This document shows, one piece after another, positions 1-8,169 of a stretch of DNA of 64,000 nucleotides. The position numbers were made by a program, and so were the translations under genes. This DNA comes from Smithellaceae bacterium (GTDB lineage Bacteria > Desulfobacterota > Syntrophia > Syntrophales > Smithellaceae), in assembly GCA_963667845.2 (NCBI GenBank), contig CAXXVL010000001.1, positions 608,001 through 672,000 of the forward strand. The letters run 5' to 3'. A model generated the notes under the pieces. The model saw only the letters and a list, made by a program, of their open reading frames with translations, was not told the DNA's origin and did not search any database. How positions within the stretch are numbered: the stretch's first letter is position 1; every line of letters starts with the position of its first letter.

Positions 1-2
1 AC

Positions 3-422
3 AAGGAGAGCCTGACCTGCGATATCCAGCTCAAGGCCACCTGCGCGCCTCACTATTTCCGCATTATGCACCAGAACAAACCCAAAGGGGCCAGGCCCGT
101 CAAGAAAGCGGGCGGCCATTTTCACGAATCGACGAGAGGGTGTCTGGGCGGCATTTCGTTTTGCTTTGTTTCGCACGTCGGACAGGTGCAGCCCTGCGGC
201 TATCTGGAGCTCGACTGCGGCAACGTGCAGAAACAAAGTTTTGGCGAGATCTGGGAAAGCTCGGAGGTTTTCTGCAATCTGCGCGATTATACTAAATACG
301 GCGGCAAATGCGGCCGGTGCGAATTCATCAAGGTCTGCGGCGGCTGCCGGGCGCGGGCGTATGAGGCGACGGGGGATTACCTATCCGAAGAACCCCTGTG
401 CTTATATCAGCCAGGCTTTTGA
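3..422 (+). CDS. ahbD: Radical SAM/SPASM heme b synthase, 5'-truncated by window edge
   Basis: Frame open from base 3 (…QLKATCAPHYFRIM…). SPASM motifs GCLGG-F-F-SHVG-VQPCGY and KCGRCEF-VCGGCRARA. Next gene is ahbA-like. Confidence 0.8.
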   Translation, partial: KESLTCDIQLKATCAPHYFRIMHQNKPKGARPVKKAGGHFHESTRGCLGGISFCFVSHVGQVQPCGYLELDCGNVQKQSFGEIWESSEVFCNLRDYTKYGGKCGRCEFIKVCGGCRARAYEATGDYLSEEPLCLYQPGF

Positions 423-536
423 AAAATGCCCATCTGCTGCGTTTCCCTCGCCCTTCGTCACTGCGGCGTATGGTACTATACGCCTCACTCCTCAGGACTC
501 GGGGGCCTTGCATCCGGACATTTTTGAAAAGCCTGG
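411..536. repeat. Palindromic MITE/REP-like element, family A copy 1
   Basis: Imperfect terminal inverted repeat CCAGGCTTTTGAAAAATGCC…GGACATTTTTGAAAAGCCTGG with internal GGCGTA…TACGCC hairpin. It overlaps the ahbD stop codon. Confidence 0.75.
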
Positions 537-656
537 AGGATGTATCGTATGTTAAAGGCAAACGCTGTTGATGCGGTTTCAATTCTCAGGACTCGCGCCG
601 AACATCTCAGTACTCGAGTGCCCCTTGGGTATTTGAACAGCCTGATGGCAGTTCTT

Positions 657-692
657 TGTCATTGCGAAGCGCGCCGCGCGCTGTGGCAATCT
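657..692 (+). repeat. TGTCATTGCGA-type REP-like half element
   Basis: TGTCATTGCGAAGCGCGCCGCGCGCTGTGGCAATCT is nearly identical to 5628-5665. Confidence 0.7.
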
Positions 693-709
693 CATAGTAT
701 GGGAGAATA

Positions 710-1168
710 GTGATCACTGATATGGATGATATAGATAAAAAAATACTGAACATTCTGCAGAAGGAATTTCCGCTCGTGGAGCAGCCGTTTCTGGCTGTGG
801 CCGAACGCTGCGGCCTGAGCGAAGACGATGTGTTGGCCCGTGTTCAAAAGATGAAGGACGAAGGCATCATCCGCCGCATCGGCGCCGTATTTGACGGGGC
901 CAAACTCGGACGCGTGAGCGCGCTGTTCGCGGCGCGGGTGCCCCCGGACAAAATTGATGACTTTGTCCGGGTTGTGAACGCCAACAAAGGTGTCACGCAT
1001 AATTACCGCCGCAGCCACGAATACAATATCTGGTTTACCGCAAACGCGACAACCGCCGAAGAACTGACCGATTTTCTCAGGGACGTCAAAGAGAAGACCG
1101 GCGTAAAGGATATCCTGGATATGCGGGCGGTGAGAGTGTTCAAGATAGACGCAACTTTTAATATGTAA
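710..1168 (+). CDS. ahbA: Siroheme decarboxylase subunit (AhbA/NirD-like, Lrp/AsnC fold)
   Basis: D..ILNILQKEFPL..PF..VAE, G-IRRIGAVFD and VTHNYRR..YNIWFT motifs. Adjacent to ahbD. Confidence 0.8.
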   Translation: MITDMDDIDKKILNILQKEFPLVEQPFLAVAERCGLSEDDVLARVQKMKDEGIIRRIGAVFDGAKLGRVSALFAARVPPDKIDDFVRVVNANKGVTHNYRRSHEYNIWFTANATTAEELTDFLRDVKEKTGVKDILDMRAVRVFKIDATFNM

Positions 1169-1188
1169 TCAGGGTCCATACTTTTCGA

Positions 1189-1260
1189 TGTCACTTCGAC
1201 CGCAGGGGAGAAGTCCTGCGATCAAAGAAAAAAGATTTCTCGCTTCGCTTCGAAATGACA
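1189..1260 (+). repeat. GIY-YIG-associated palindromic repeat, unit 1 (complete)
   Basis: TGTCACTTCGACCGCAGGGGAGAAGTC-spacer-AGATTTCTCGCTTCGCTTCGAAATGACA. The two arms are complementary. Confidence 0.85.
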
Positions 1261-1273
1261 ATGAAATATTTTA

Positions 1274-1340
1274 CGTTACTTTGGACATGAAAAGTATTGA
1301 AAAATGCGTTACAAGATGTATCGCTTCCACGTGAAAAATA
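1274..1340 (+). repeat. GIY-YIG-associated repeat, unit 2 (degenerate)
   Basis: GTTACTTTG resembles GTCACTTCG, GAAAAGT resembles GAGAAGT, and AGATGTATCGCTTC resembles AGATTTCTCGCTTC, in the right order and spacing. Confidence 0.5.
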
Positions 1341-1352
1341 AATACTTTCCAA

Positions 1353-1765
1353 TGTCACTTCGACCGCAGGGAGAAGTCTTGAATGGCATTTACCAAGAGT
1401 TACTACGTCTACTTCCTGACTAATTGGAACAACAAAGTACTTTATATCGGTGTGACAAACGACTTAGAACGACGACTCTATGAACACAAGAACAAACTGG
1501 TTCACGGGTTTACGGCTAAGTATAATTTGAATAAGCTGGTTTATTTTGAAGAAACGCAGGATGTTGCAGCCGCCATTGCCAGAGAGAAGGAAATGAAAAA
1601 ATGGCGGAGGAACAAGAAGGATAATCTTGTTAATAAACTAAATCCATCCTGGCGGGACTTAAGCGAGACATTATAGAGGTCGCTCCCATCATGCTCACAT
1701 AGATTTCTCGCTCCCGCTTACCCTGCTGATCTAAAGGTCACTCGAGGGCACTCGTCGAAATGACA
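1353..1765 (+). mobile_element. Repeat unit 3, whose arms (1353-1379 and 1701-1765) enclose the GIY-YIG gene
   Basis: Left arm TGTCACTTCGACCGCAGGGAGAAGTCT lies just before ATG 1383. Right arm AGATTTCTCGCT…TCGAAATGACA follows the stop codon and carries an internal insertion. Confidence 0.65.
1383..1676 (+). CDS. Small GIY-YIG nuclease (Ssn/SsnA-like)
   Basis: 97 aa with YVYFL..LYIGVTNDLERR.YEHK..GFTAKY..LVYFE..AIAREK..K.WRR..NP.W.DL. Surrounded by palindromic repeats. Confidence 0.9.
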   Translation: MAFTKSYYVYFLTNWNNKVLYIGVTNDLERRLYEHKNKLVHGFTAKYNLNKLVYFEETQDVAAAIAREKEMKKWRRNKKDNLVNKLNPSWRDLSETL

Positions 1766-1781
1766 ATTAAACATTATTCTA

Positions 1782-1852
1782 TGTCACTTCGACCGCAGGG
1801 AGAAGTCTTGCGTTAGAACCAAACCCTATTTCCCGCTTCGTTGTGAAATGAC
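1782..1852 (+). repeat. GIY-YIG-associated repeat, unit 4
   Basis: TGTCACTTCGACCGCAGGGAGAAGTCT-spacer-TATTTCCCGCTTCGTTGTGAAATGAC. Confidence 0.8.
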
Positions 1853-1933
1853 GGTTGACGGAAAGCCGCAACCGTGAGACACATATTCCACAAGAATTCA
1901 GGTTTGCCCAAAATAAAAAAGGAGGATGGAAAG

Positions 1934-2662
1934 ATGGAACCGAAGGACATTGATTTTGCGGCCATGCCCCAAAAAGCAATCAGCGTTGTGACGAAGCCTG
2001 CGGAATTTTTTCAGGCGATGCCCAAGGCGGGCGGATTCCTGGAGCCCCTTGTTTTTGCCGTGATCATGGGATTGATCACCGGCATCATTCAAGCGATTCT
2101 GAACGTCATCGGTCTTGTACCGGGAGCAGGTTACGGCGGCGGCGTGATGGCGGGATTCGGCGTCATTATTTTCATGCCGATTGCCGCGGCTGTCGGCAGC
2201 TTCATCGGCGCAGCCATCCTGTTCGTGATCTGGAAACTGATGGGTTCCGAGGAGAACTATGAAACGGCCTATCGCTGCGGCGCTTATCTGATCGCTGTGG
2301 CCCCCATTACCGCGATCATCGGTGTGATCCCTTACGCCGGCGGCATCATCACAATGGCCATCTATGTGTATTTTCTGGTGACAACCAGCATTCATGTTCA
2401 TCATATTCCGTCCCAGAAAGCCTGGATGGTTTTCGGCATCATCGGCGTGATCTTCGCGATTTTGGGAATTGTCGCAGAATACAAGGCCAGAAATATGGCA
2501 TCCGAACTGGGAAAGTGGCGTCAGATGAGCAAAGAAGTTGAGAAGTCAGCCAAAGATATGGAAAAATCCACCGATGAGATGCGCAAGCAGGCCGAGGACA
2601 TGGCCAAGCAAGCCAAAGCACAGGCTGATGAAGCACAAAAACAAGCCGAAAAAAATCAGTAA
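1934..2662 (+). CDS. Yip1-domain membrane protein with C-terminal coiled coil
   Basis: GGAGG SD before ATG 1934. N-terminal 'V.KP.EFF..M' motif, about 5 TM helices, charged helical tail. Confidence 0.7.
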   Translation: MEPKDIDFAAMPQKAISVVTKPAEFFQAMPKAGGFLEPLVFAVIMGLITGIIQAILNVIGLVPGAGYGGGVMAGFGVIIFMPIAAAVGSFIGAAILFVIWKLMGSEENYETAYRCGAYLIAVAPITAIIGVIPYAGGIITMAIYVYFLVTTSIHVHHIPSQKAWMVFGIIGVIFAILGIVAEYKARNMASELGKWRQMSKEVEKSAKDMEKSTDEMRKQAEDMAKQAKAQADEAQKQAEKNQ

Positions 2663-2744
2663 ATAAACTTATCGCTTCGTGCGCACCGGACTTGCCCCGC
2701 AAAGAAGGTGCGCACGAAAAAAAATTCAAAAACCGGAATGATTT

Positions 2745-5402
2745 ATGACGGAAGAAAAGAACTCACCCCTGCTCGCGCTGGTGGACGGGAGCAATTATCT
2801 TTACCGCGCCTATTACGCGATTCCGGCGCTCACCAACTCCAAAGGTTTTCCCACCAATGCCATCTATGGCTTCACAACCATGCTGATGAAGCTTCTGCGC
2901 GATCTGGCGCCCGACTATGTTGTTGTCACGTTCGATCTCAAAGGGCCGACGACCCGGCACGGAGAGTTCGAAGATTATAAGGCGACGCGCAAACCGATGC
3001 CCGACGATCTGGTGCCGCAGATTTCATCCATCAAGGACGTGGTCCGGGCCTTCGCGATTTGCGTTTTGGAAAAGCAGGGGATAGAAGCCGATGATATTAT
3101 CGGGACGCTTGCAGTTCAGGCACGGGAAAAAGGATGGCGCACGGCCATCATCTCCGGCGACAAGGATCTGATGCAGCTCGTCAATGACGCAGTCACGATG
3201 GTCGATACGATGAAGGATAAGACCTATGATGCCGAGGCCGTCAGGGAAAAGTTCGGCGTGGGTCCCGACAAGGTCGCGGACATCCTGGGGCTGATGGGTG
3301 ACACATCCGACAATATCCCCGGTGTACCGGGCATCGGACCGAAAACGGCCCAGCGGCTCATCGAGGAATACGGCTCCGTCGATGCCGTGATTGAAAACGC
3401 CGAAAGACTCCACAACGTGAAACTGCGCGAAAGCTTCCGGCAGCACGCCGAACAGGCGAAGCTCAGCCGTCAACTGGCGCTGATCCGCACGGATGTGGAC
3501 ATTCATTTTGACCTGCAGGACGCGGCCCGCAAAGAACCGGACCGGGAACAATTAACGCGGCTCTTCAGCGAATTTGAATTTTCGTCACTTTTGCAGCAGA
3601 TTAAAACCAATGCGGCAAAGCCCCTCAGAACCTGTACGATCGCTCATGACAAAACAGCGCTTGCGGAAATGGCTCTGAGGCTGCAGGGCAGCCCGGTCAT
3701 TGCCTGTGAATTCGTCTGGGAGAAGAATCCCCCTCCCGAGTTAATCGGCATCTGCATCCATGCGGGCGGCGATTCGTTTTACGTTCCGATCGGCCATACG
3801 CAGGCGAAAACGCAATTGCCGGCGAAGGACGTATTCGCTGTCCTGGCGCCTGCCTTTGCGGATGCCGAAATCAAGAAACATGTTTACGACTTGAAAACGA
3901 CGCTCGTAGCCCTTCCGGATCTGGATGTCCGGACGGCCGAAGACTGGCAGCTTGCGGCGTACCTGCTCAATCCGGCGCGGCATTCCTATGAACTTGATGA
4001 AATTGCCTGGGAATATCTGCACGAAAGGATTCCCGCGCCCAATGACGTGGCCGGCGGCAAGGGGAAAACGTATCCCCTGGCGCTCGTGCCCGTCGATCGC
4101 ATGGCCGCCTATGCGGGGCAGCGGGCGGAGGCGATTATGTCCCTGGCGCCGGTCCTGGCCGAAAAACTTGCCGAGGCCGGGGCGGCCGGACTCTACCGGG
4201 ATGTCGAAATGCCGATCCTGTTTACACTTGCCGCCATGGAGAAAAAGGGCGTTCTCCTGGATGCCGGTCTCTTGAAGCAGATGTCCGAAGAACTGGGACA
4301 GCTGCTGTCACTCTCCGAAGAAAAAATTCACCGCCTGGCGGGAGAAAAATTCAACATCAATTCCCCCAAGCAGTTGCAGACCATCTTGTTTGAAAAAATG
4401 AAGCTGCCGAAGGGCAAGAAGACCAAGGAAGGTTATTCCACGGATGTCGATGTGCTCACGGAGCTTGCGCGCGGCCATGAACTGCCCGCCGAAATCCTGG
4501 CCTACCGGTCGCTTGCCAAGCTCAAGTCCACGTATGTGGATGCGCTTCCCGCCCTGATCAATCCGCAGACCGGCAGGATTCACACCTCCTACAACCAGAC
4601 GGTGGCGGCCACCGGGAGGCTTTCGAGCAGCAATCCCAACCTGCAGAATATCCCCATCCGGACACTGGAGGGAAAAAGAATCCGCCAGGCGTTTATCGCC
4701 GATCCCGGATGCGTCCTCATTTCCGCCGACTATTCGCAAATCGAGCTTCGGGTGCTCGCGCACCTGTGCGAAGACGAAACGCTTCTCGCGGCGTTTGCGT
4801 CCGAAGAAGACATTCACACCCGCACCGCCTCCGACGTATTCGGCGTCTTCCCGCAGATGGTGAGCCCCGAAATGCGCCGGCAGGCCAAGGTCATCAACTT
4901 CGGCATTCTCTATGGCATGAGCGCGTTTGGCCTCGCGAAGGAGTTGGGCGTCCCCCAGAAGACCGCGCAGGTCTATATCGACGGCTATTTCGCCCGCTAC
5001 AGGAAAGTGCGCGATTACCTGGACGGCATTCTGGAAGGCGCGAAGCGCGACGGTTATGTCTGCACGCTCCTCAACCGCCGCCGCTACCTGCCGGAGCTGA
5101 AAAGCCAGATTCCATCCGTTCGTCAGTTCGCCGAGCGCATGGCGATCAATGCACCCATTCAAGGCACCGCCGCCGACCTCATTAAAGTGGCGATGGTGAA
5201 TATCGATTACCTGCTGGCCAAGAAGAAACTGGCCGCCCGGCTGATCATGCAGGTGCACGACGAACTGGTCGTGGAAGCGCCCGAGGAAGAAAAAGCAGAG
5301 GTCATGGCGCTGGTTAAAAAAGAGATGGAAGAAGTGATCAAGCTCAAAGTGCCGCTCAAAGTGGAAATTGCGAGTGGGGAGAACTGGGACGAAGCCCACT
5401 GA
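2745..5402 (+). CDS. polA: DNA polymerase I
   Basis: 5'-3' exo LVDGS.YLYRAYYA and EADD; polymerase motifs SADYSQIELR, AK.INFG..YG, QVHDEL. Confidence 0.98.
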   Translation: MTEEKNSPLLALVDGSNYLYRAYYAIPALTNSKGFPTNAIYGFTTMLMKLLRDLAPDYVVVTFDLKGPTTRHGEFEDYKATRKPMPDDLVPQISSIKDVVRAFAICVLEKQGIEADDIIGTLAVQAREKGWRTAIISGDKDLMQLVNDAVTMVDTMKDKTYDAEAVREKFGVGPDKVADILGLMGDTSDNIPGVPGIGPKTAQRLIEEYGSVDAVIENAERLHNVKLRESFRQHAEQAKLSRQLALIRTDVDIHFDLQDAARKEPDREQLTRLFSEFEFSSLLQQIKTNAAKPLRTCTIAHDKTALAEMALRLQGSPVIACEFVWEKNPPPELIGICIHAGGDSFYVPIGHTQAKTQLPAKDVFAVLAPAFADAEIKKHVYDLKTTLVALPDLDVRTAEDWQLAAYLLNPARHSYELDEIAWEYLHERIPAPNDVAGGKGKTYPLALVPVDRMAAYAGQRAEAIMSLAPVLAEKLAEAGAAGLYRDVEMPILFTLAAMEKKGVLLDAGLLKQMSEELGQLLSLSEEKIHRLAGEKFNINSPKQLQTILFEKMKLPKGKKTKEGYSTDVDVLTELARGHELPAEILAYRSLAKLKSTYVDALPALINPQTGRIHTSYNQTVAATGRLSSSNPNLQNIPIRTLEGKRIRQAFIADPGCVLISADYSQIELRVLAHLCEDETLLAAFASEEDIHTRTASDVFGVFPQMVSPEMRRQAKVINFGILYGMSAFGLAKELGVPQKTAQVYIDGYFARYRKVRDYLDGILEGAKRDGYVCTLLNRRRYLPELKSQIPSVRQFAERMAINAPIQGTAADLIKVAMVNIDYLLAKKKLAARLIMQVHDELVVEAPEEEKAEVMALVKKEMEEVIKLKVPLKVEIASGENWDEAH

Positions 5403-5403
5403 T

Positions 5404-5527
5404 AGGACGGCTGAAAAGCGCCGATCTGCGTTGTTGCGCTGCGATCCCGTGTCGCTCAACGTACATTAAGTACGCCTCGCGACCCGGGTCTTGCGCGCCT
5501 AGCATCTCAGCACTTTTGAGCCGTCCT
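5404..5527. repeat. Palindromic element, family A copy 2
   Basis: AGGACGGCTGAAAAGCG…CACTTTTGAGCCGTCCT terminal IR. Internal ATCTGC…CGTAC…GTACGCCTC…GCATCT matches 411-536. Confidence 0.7.
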
Positions 5528-5627
5528 GAAACTTCATTACAACTAACTAATCAGGACTCGGGGGCCTTGCATCTGGCATTGGCGTGTCCCTGGGTATTTG
5601 AACAGCCCTGAAAAATATAATTTAGAT

Positions 5628-5665
5628 TGTCATTGCGAAGCGCGCCTTGCGCGCTGTGGCAATCT
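5628..5665 (+). repeat. TGTCATTGCGA-type REP-like element
   Basis: Matches 657-692. TTAGATTGTCA/TGGCAATCTAA also forms a local hairpin. Confidence 0.7.
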
Positions 5666-5912
5666 AATGTGCACTTTGAAGAAGTCTGTTAACGAACTAA
5701 CCGGTCGTTCTTGGACAAATTTCCCATGATAAAGCTGCCGGGCTTTTGGTCCTTAATTATCCTGAAATACCGTGTACCTAAATCATAATATGATTGATTT
5801 TATGACGATGTTTCAATTTGCGTTTTGTCTCAAAAAGAGTAGAATTGCGACACATTTCGGAAAAAGCTTAACCAATATTAAACGTTAGGATTCTTATAAT
5901 GCGTGATAATAA

Positions 5913-6680
5913 ATGAAAATATGGTTATCAAATACGGTTCTTTCCTGGTTGCCACATTTAACAGGGTGGAGCACTAAAGCATCGAAGAATCTACTGCGAC
6001 CTTACACGCATTGGGAGCATGCACAGAAGTTATCAAGCAGTGAGGCCAATCAATTCATAAGGATTGATATCGTCACAACGCTAAAGCGATCCGTTGATAT
6101 ACGAATTCGCAATCTAAATGATATATATCAATTCAGGACTATACAAGTTCTCAAAAAAGAAAAAAGTCTCGTCGAAATTTTATCTCAATTAGAAATTGTT
6201 AGACCAATGATGATTTCTAAGTTAAACCGGATTAGAAACACAATAGAACATCAGGACAAAGCACCCCCATCTTACGATGAATGTGTGGAGTTGATTGACT
6301 TTACATGGTACTTCTTAAGATCAACGGACAAACTAATACAGCAGATTCCTGGAGGTGTTATTTATGACCCGGAAGGCGGAGACTATGTTACGCCATATGG
6401 GGTCTCGTTTAATGTTCGCATCGACCAAGATTGGCAGGTTGAAGTGACCGGATGGGTCGAAAATTATATGATATCCTCGGAAGAAAAATTAAATTGGCTT
6501 CTTATCGAATGTGAGGACTGCTGCTCGGCAGAAGAACTCTTTGCTAGAAAAAAGGGATGGTCAGGTTATCTCGACGACCACAAAGATAAAAAGCTTTCCG
6601 ACATGCACTTTACAGGCAAGTTTTCCGGACCGCCTGAGTTAATGAAGGAATTTCTAATCCATTATTTTCGAGCGTGTTAA
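5913..6680 (+). CDS. Hypothetical protein, AT-rich, possible integron-type gene cassette
   Basis: 255-aa ORF, visibly lower GC than its neighbours, bounded by GTTAGGATT and AATCCTAAC. Confidence 0.65.
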   Translation: MKIWLSNTVLSWLPHLTGWSTKASKNLLRPYTHWEHAQKLSSSEANQFIRIDIVTTLKRSVDIRIRNLNDIYQFRTIQVLKKEKSLVEILSQLEIVRPMMISKLNRIRNTIEHQDKAPPSYDECVELIDFTWYFLRSTDKLIQQIPGGVIYDPEGGDYVTPYGVSFNVRIDQDWQVEVTGWVENYMISSEEKLNWLLIECEDCCSAEELFARKKGWSGYLDDHKDKKLSDMHFTGKFSGPPELMKEFLIHYFRAC

Positions 6681-6873
6681 TAAATCCTAACACCTAACAT
6701 CTTTTTCTGCAGAGGACTCGGGTGCCTTGTCGTTAAGAATAGTGTTGCATCTTACGAGTCGTAATCGTCAACTGACAGAATTTTCAAAATCAGTAATTAG
6801 CCAGTGACCTCAACATTGATTCCAGACTGTCGAGACCAACAAAAATAGAACTTCGATGAAAGGCTATCTGCCG

Positions 6874-7443
6874 TCAGGGCGTCGCTGCTTTCTTTCCCAG
6901 TTCAAAAGCCTCGCGCATGGCTTGTTCGTTGTGGGCAATTTCTCCGCGGGCGTCGGCGGAGGCCATGACGGTGCCCAGCCAGTTCATTTTGGTCATCTCC
7001 ACGGTGGACTTAAAGCTGTGCACGATCGGATCAGCGGTATGCACGTTCGTGTCTCCGCAGACCGTGATGAGGCCGATGCGCTTGCCCCGCATCCTGGGGT
7101 AGTAGATCTTCTGCCAGCGCCATTCGGCGTCGAAAAAGACACACCAGCGGTCGAGGTAGGCTTTCATCTGCGCGGTCATCGTCCAGAAGTAAACGGGGCA
7201 GCTGTGAATGATGGCATAGGCATCCAGAATTTTTGTCTGGATTTCCAGCATATCATCTTTCACTGCACACATGCCGGCCGGGTTGCATTTTTTGCAATCC
7301 TTGCAGCCCGCAATGCGTTTGTGGTCGAGGACGATTTTTTCTACATCGGCACCGGCTTCCTTCGCGCCGGCCAGCGCCTGACTGAGAAGAACATCACTGT
7401 TGCCGCCGATGCGCGGACTTCCCAAAATACCCAGTACCTTCAT
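6874..7443 (-). CDS. Flavodoxin-family / iron-sulfur flavoprotein (NADPH-dependent FMN reductase-like)
   Basis: GSPR.GGNS, C.DC.KC…C.VKDDM, PVYF….QMK.YLDR. Confidence 0.85.
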   Translation of the reverse strand: MKVLGILGSPRIGGNSDVLLSQALAGAKEAGADVEKIVLDHKRIAGCKDCKKCNPAGMCAVKDDMLEIQTKILDAYAIIHSCPVYFWTMTAQMKAYLDRWCVFFDAEWRWQKIYYPRMRGKRIGLITVCGDTNVHTADPIVHSFKSTVEMTKMNWLGTVMASADARGEIAHNEQAMREAFELGKKAATP

Positions 7444-7693
7444 GCCGACCTCCTGCCTTTTATTTTTGAGCGCTTGTCACAGCAAAGACTGATGATTATG
7501 AATATCTCTTTCAGGTCGGCTTGTAAAGAAGGAAGTGCCCCTTCGGGTTCTTCGATGATCCTGACCCGATGACTGAAGCGCTGCCCGGCCCGGTGGTGGA
7601 TTTCGCTGTCTCGTCGGGGAGCATCCGCAAAATAGTTAAAGACCGAATCAATTAAATATGTTAAAAAATCACACCGCAAGTAAAGGAGGGTTT

Positions 7694-8062
7694 ATGAAAA
7701 CGCTGAAATTGGCTTGGGTGGTGGCTGCCATCTTGTGTTTTGTTTCATCTTTTTCGTTCGCTCAGGATACGGAGAGACGGGGCGCCTGCCGCGCGGATTA
7801 CGAAAAATTCTGCAAGGATGTCCGGCCCGGCCAGGGCAGGATCGTGCAGTGCTTGCGGCAGCATGAGTCGGAGCTTTCCGCAGCCTGCAAAAGCGAAATG
7901 GCAGAAGGAAGAGAAAAGAGCCGTGAATTTGTAAAGGCCTGCAAGGCTGACGCGGCAAATCTCTGCCAGGATATCAGACCGGGAGGCGGACGGATTGCCA
8001 AATGTCTCAAGGCCAATGAGGGTCAATTATCACCGGACTGCGCCGCCTTTCTGAAAAAATAA
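7694..8062 (+). CDS. Secreted cysteine-rich repeat protein
   Basis: AGGAGG SD, signal peptide, two C.AD…FC.D.RPG.GRI..CL…E.LS..C repeats. Confidence 0.75.
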   Translation: MKTLKLAWVVAAILCFVSSFSFAQDTERRGACRADYEKFCKDVRPGQGRIVQCLRQHESELSAACKSEMAEGREKSREFVKACKADAANLCQDIRPGGGRIAKCLKANEGQLSPDCAAFLKK

Positions 8063-8169
8063 AGCATCGGCGTCAACGTTCCCGGCCGGAGTCCATGCCG
8101 ACCGCGTTTTGCTTAATAGCTTACTCATATTTTGAGCGCAGCTTACGCCGCGATTTCCGGGTGCCGCAA

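Noticed and set aside
166..582. ORFs 166..555+ and 328..582-
   Set aside because: They overlap ahbD and the family A repeat and show no recognisable protein features.
1189..1852. CRISPR array interpretation of the repeated 27-bp arm
   Set aside because: Units are bipartite inverted-arm elements with irregular spacing, one contains a gene, and no cas genes are present.
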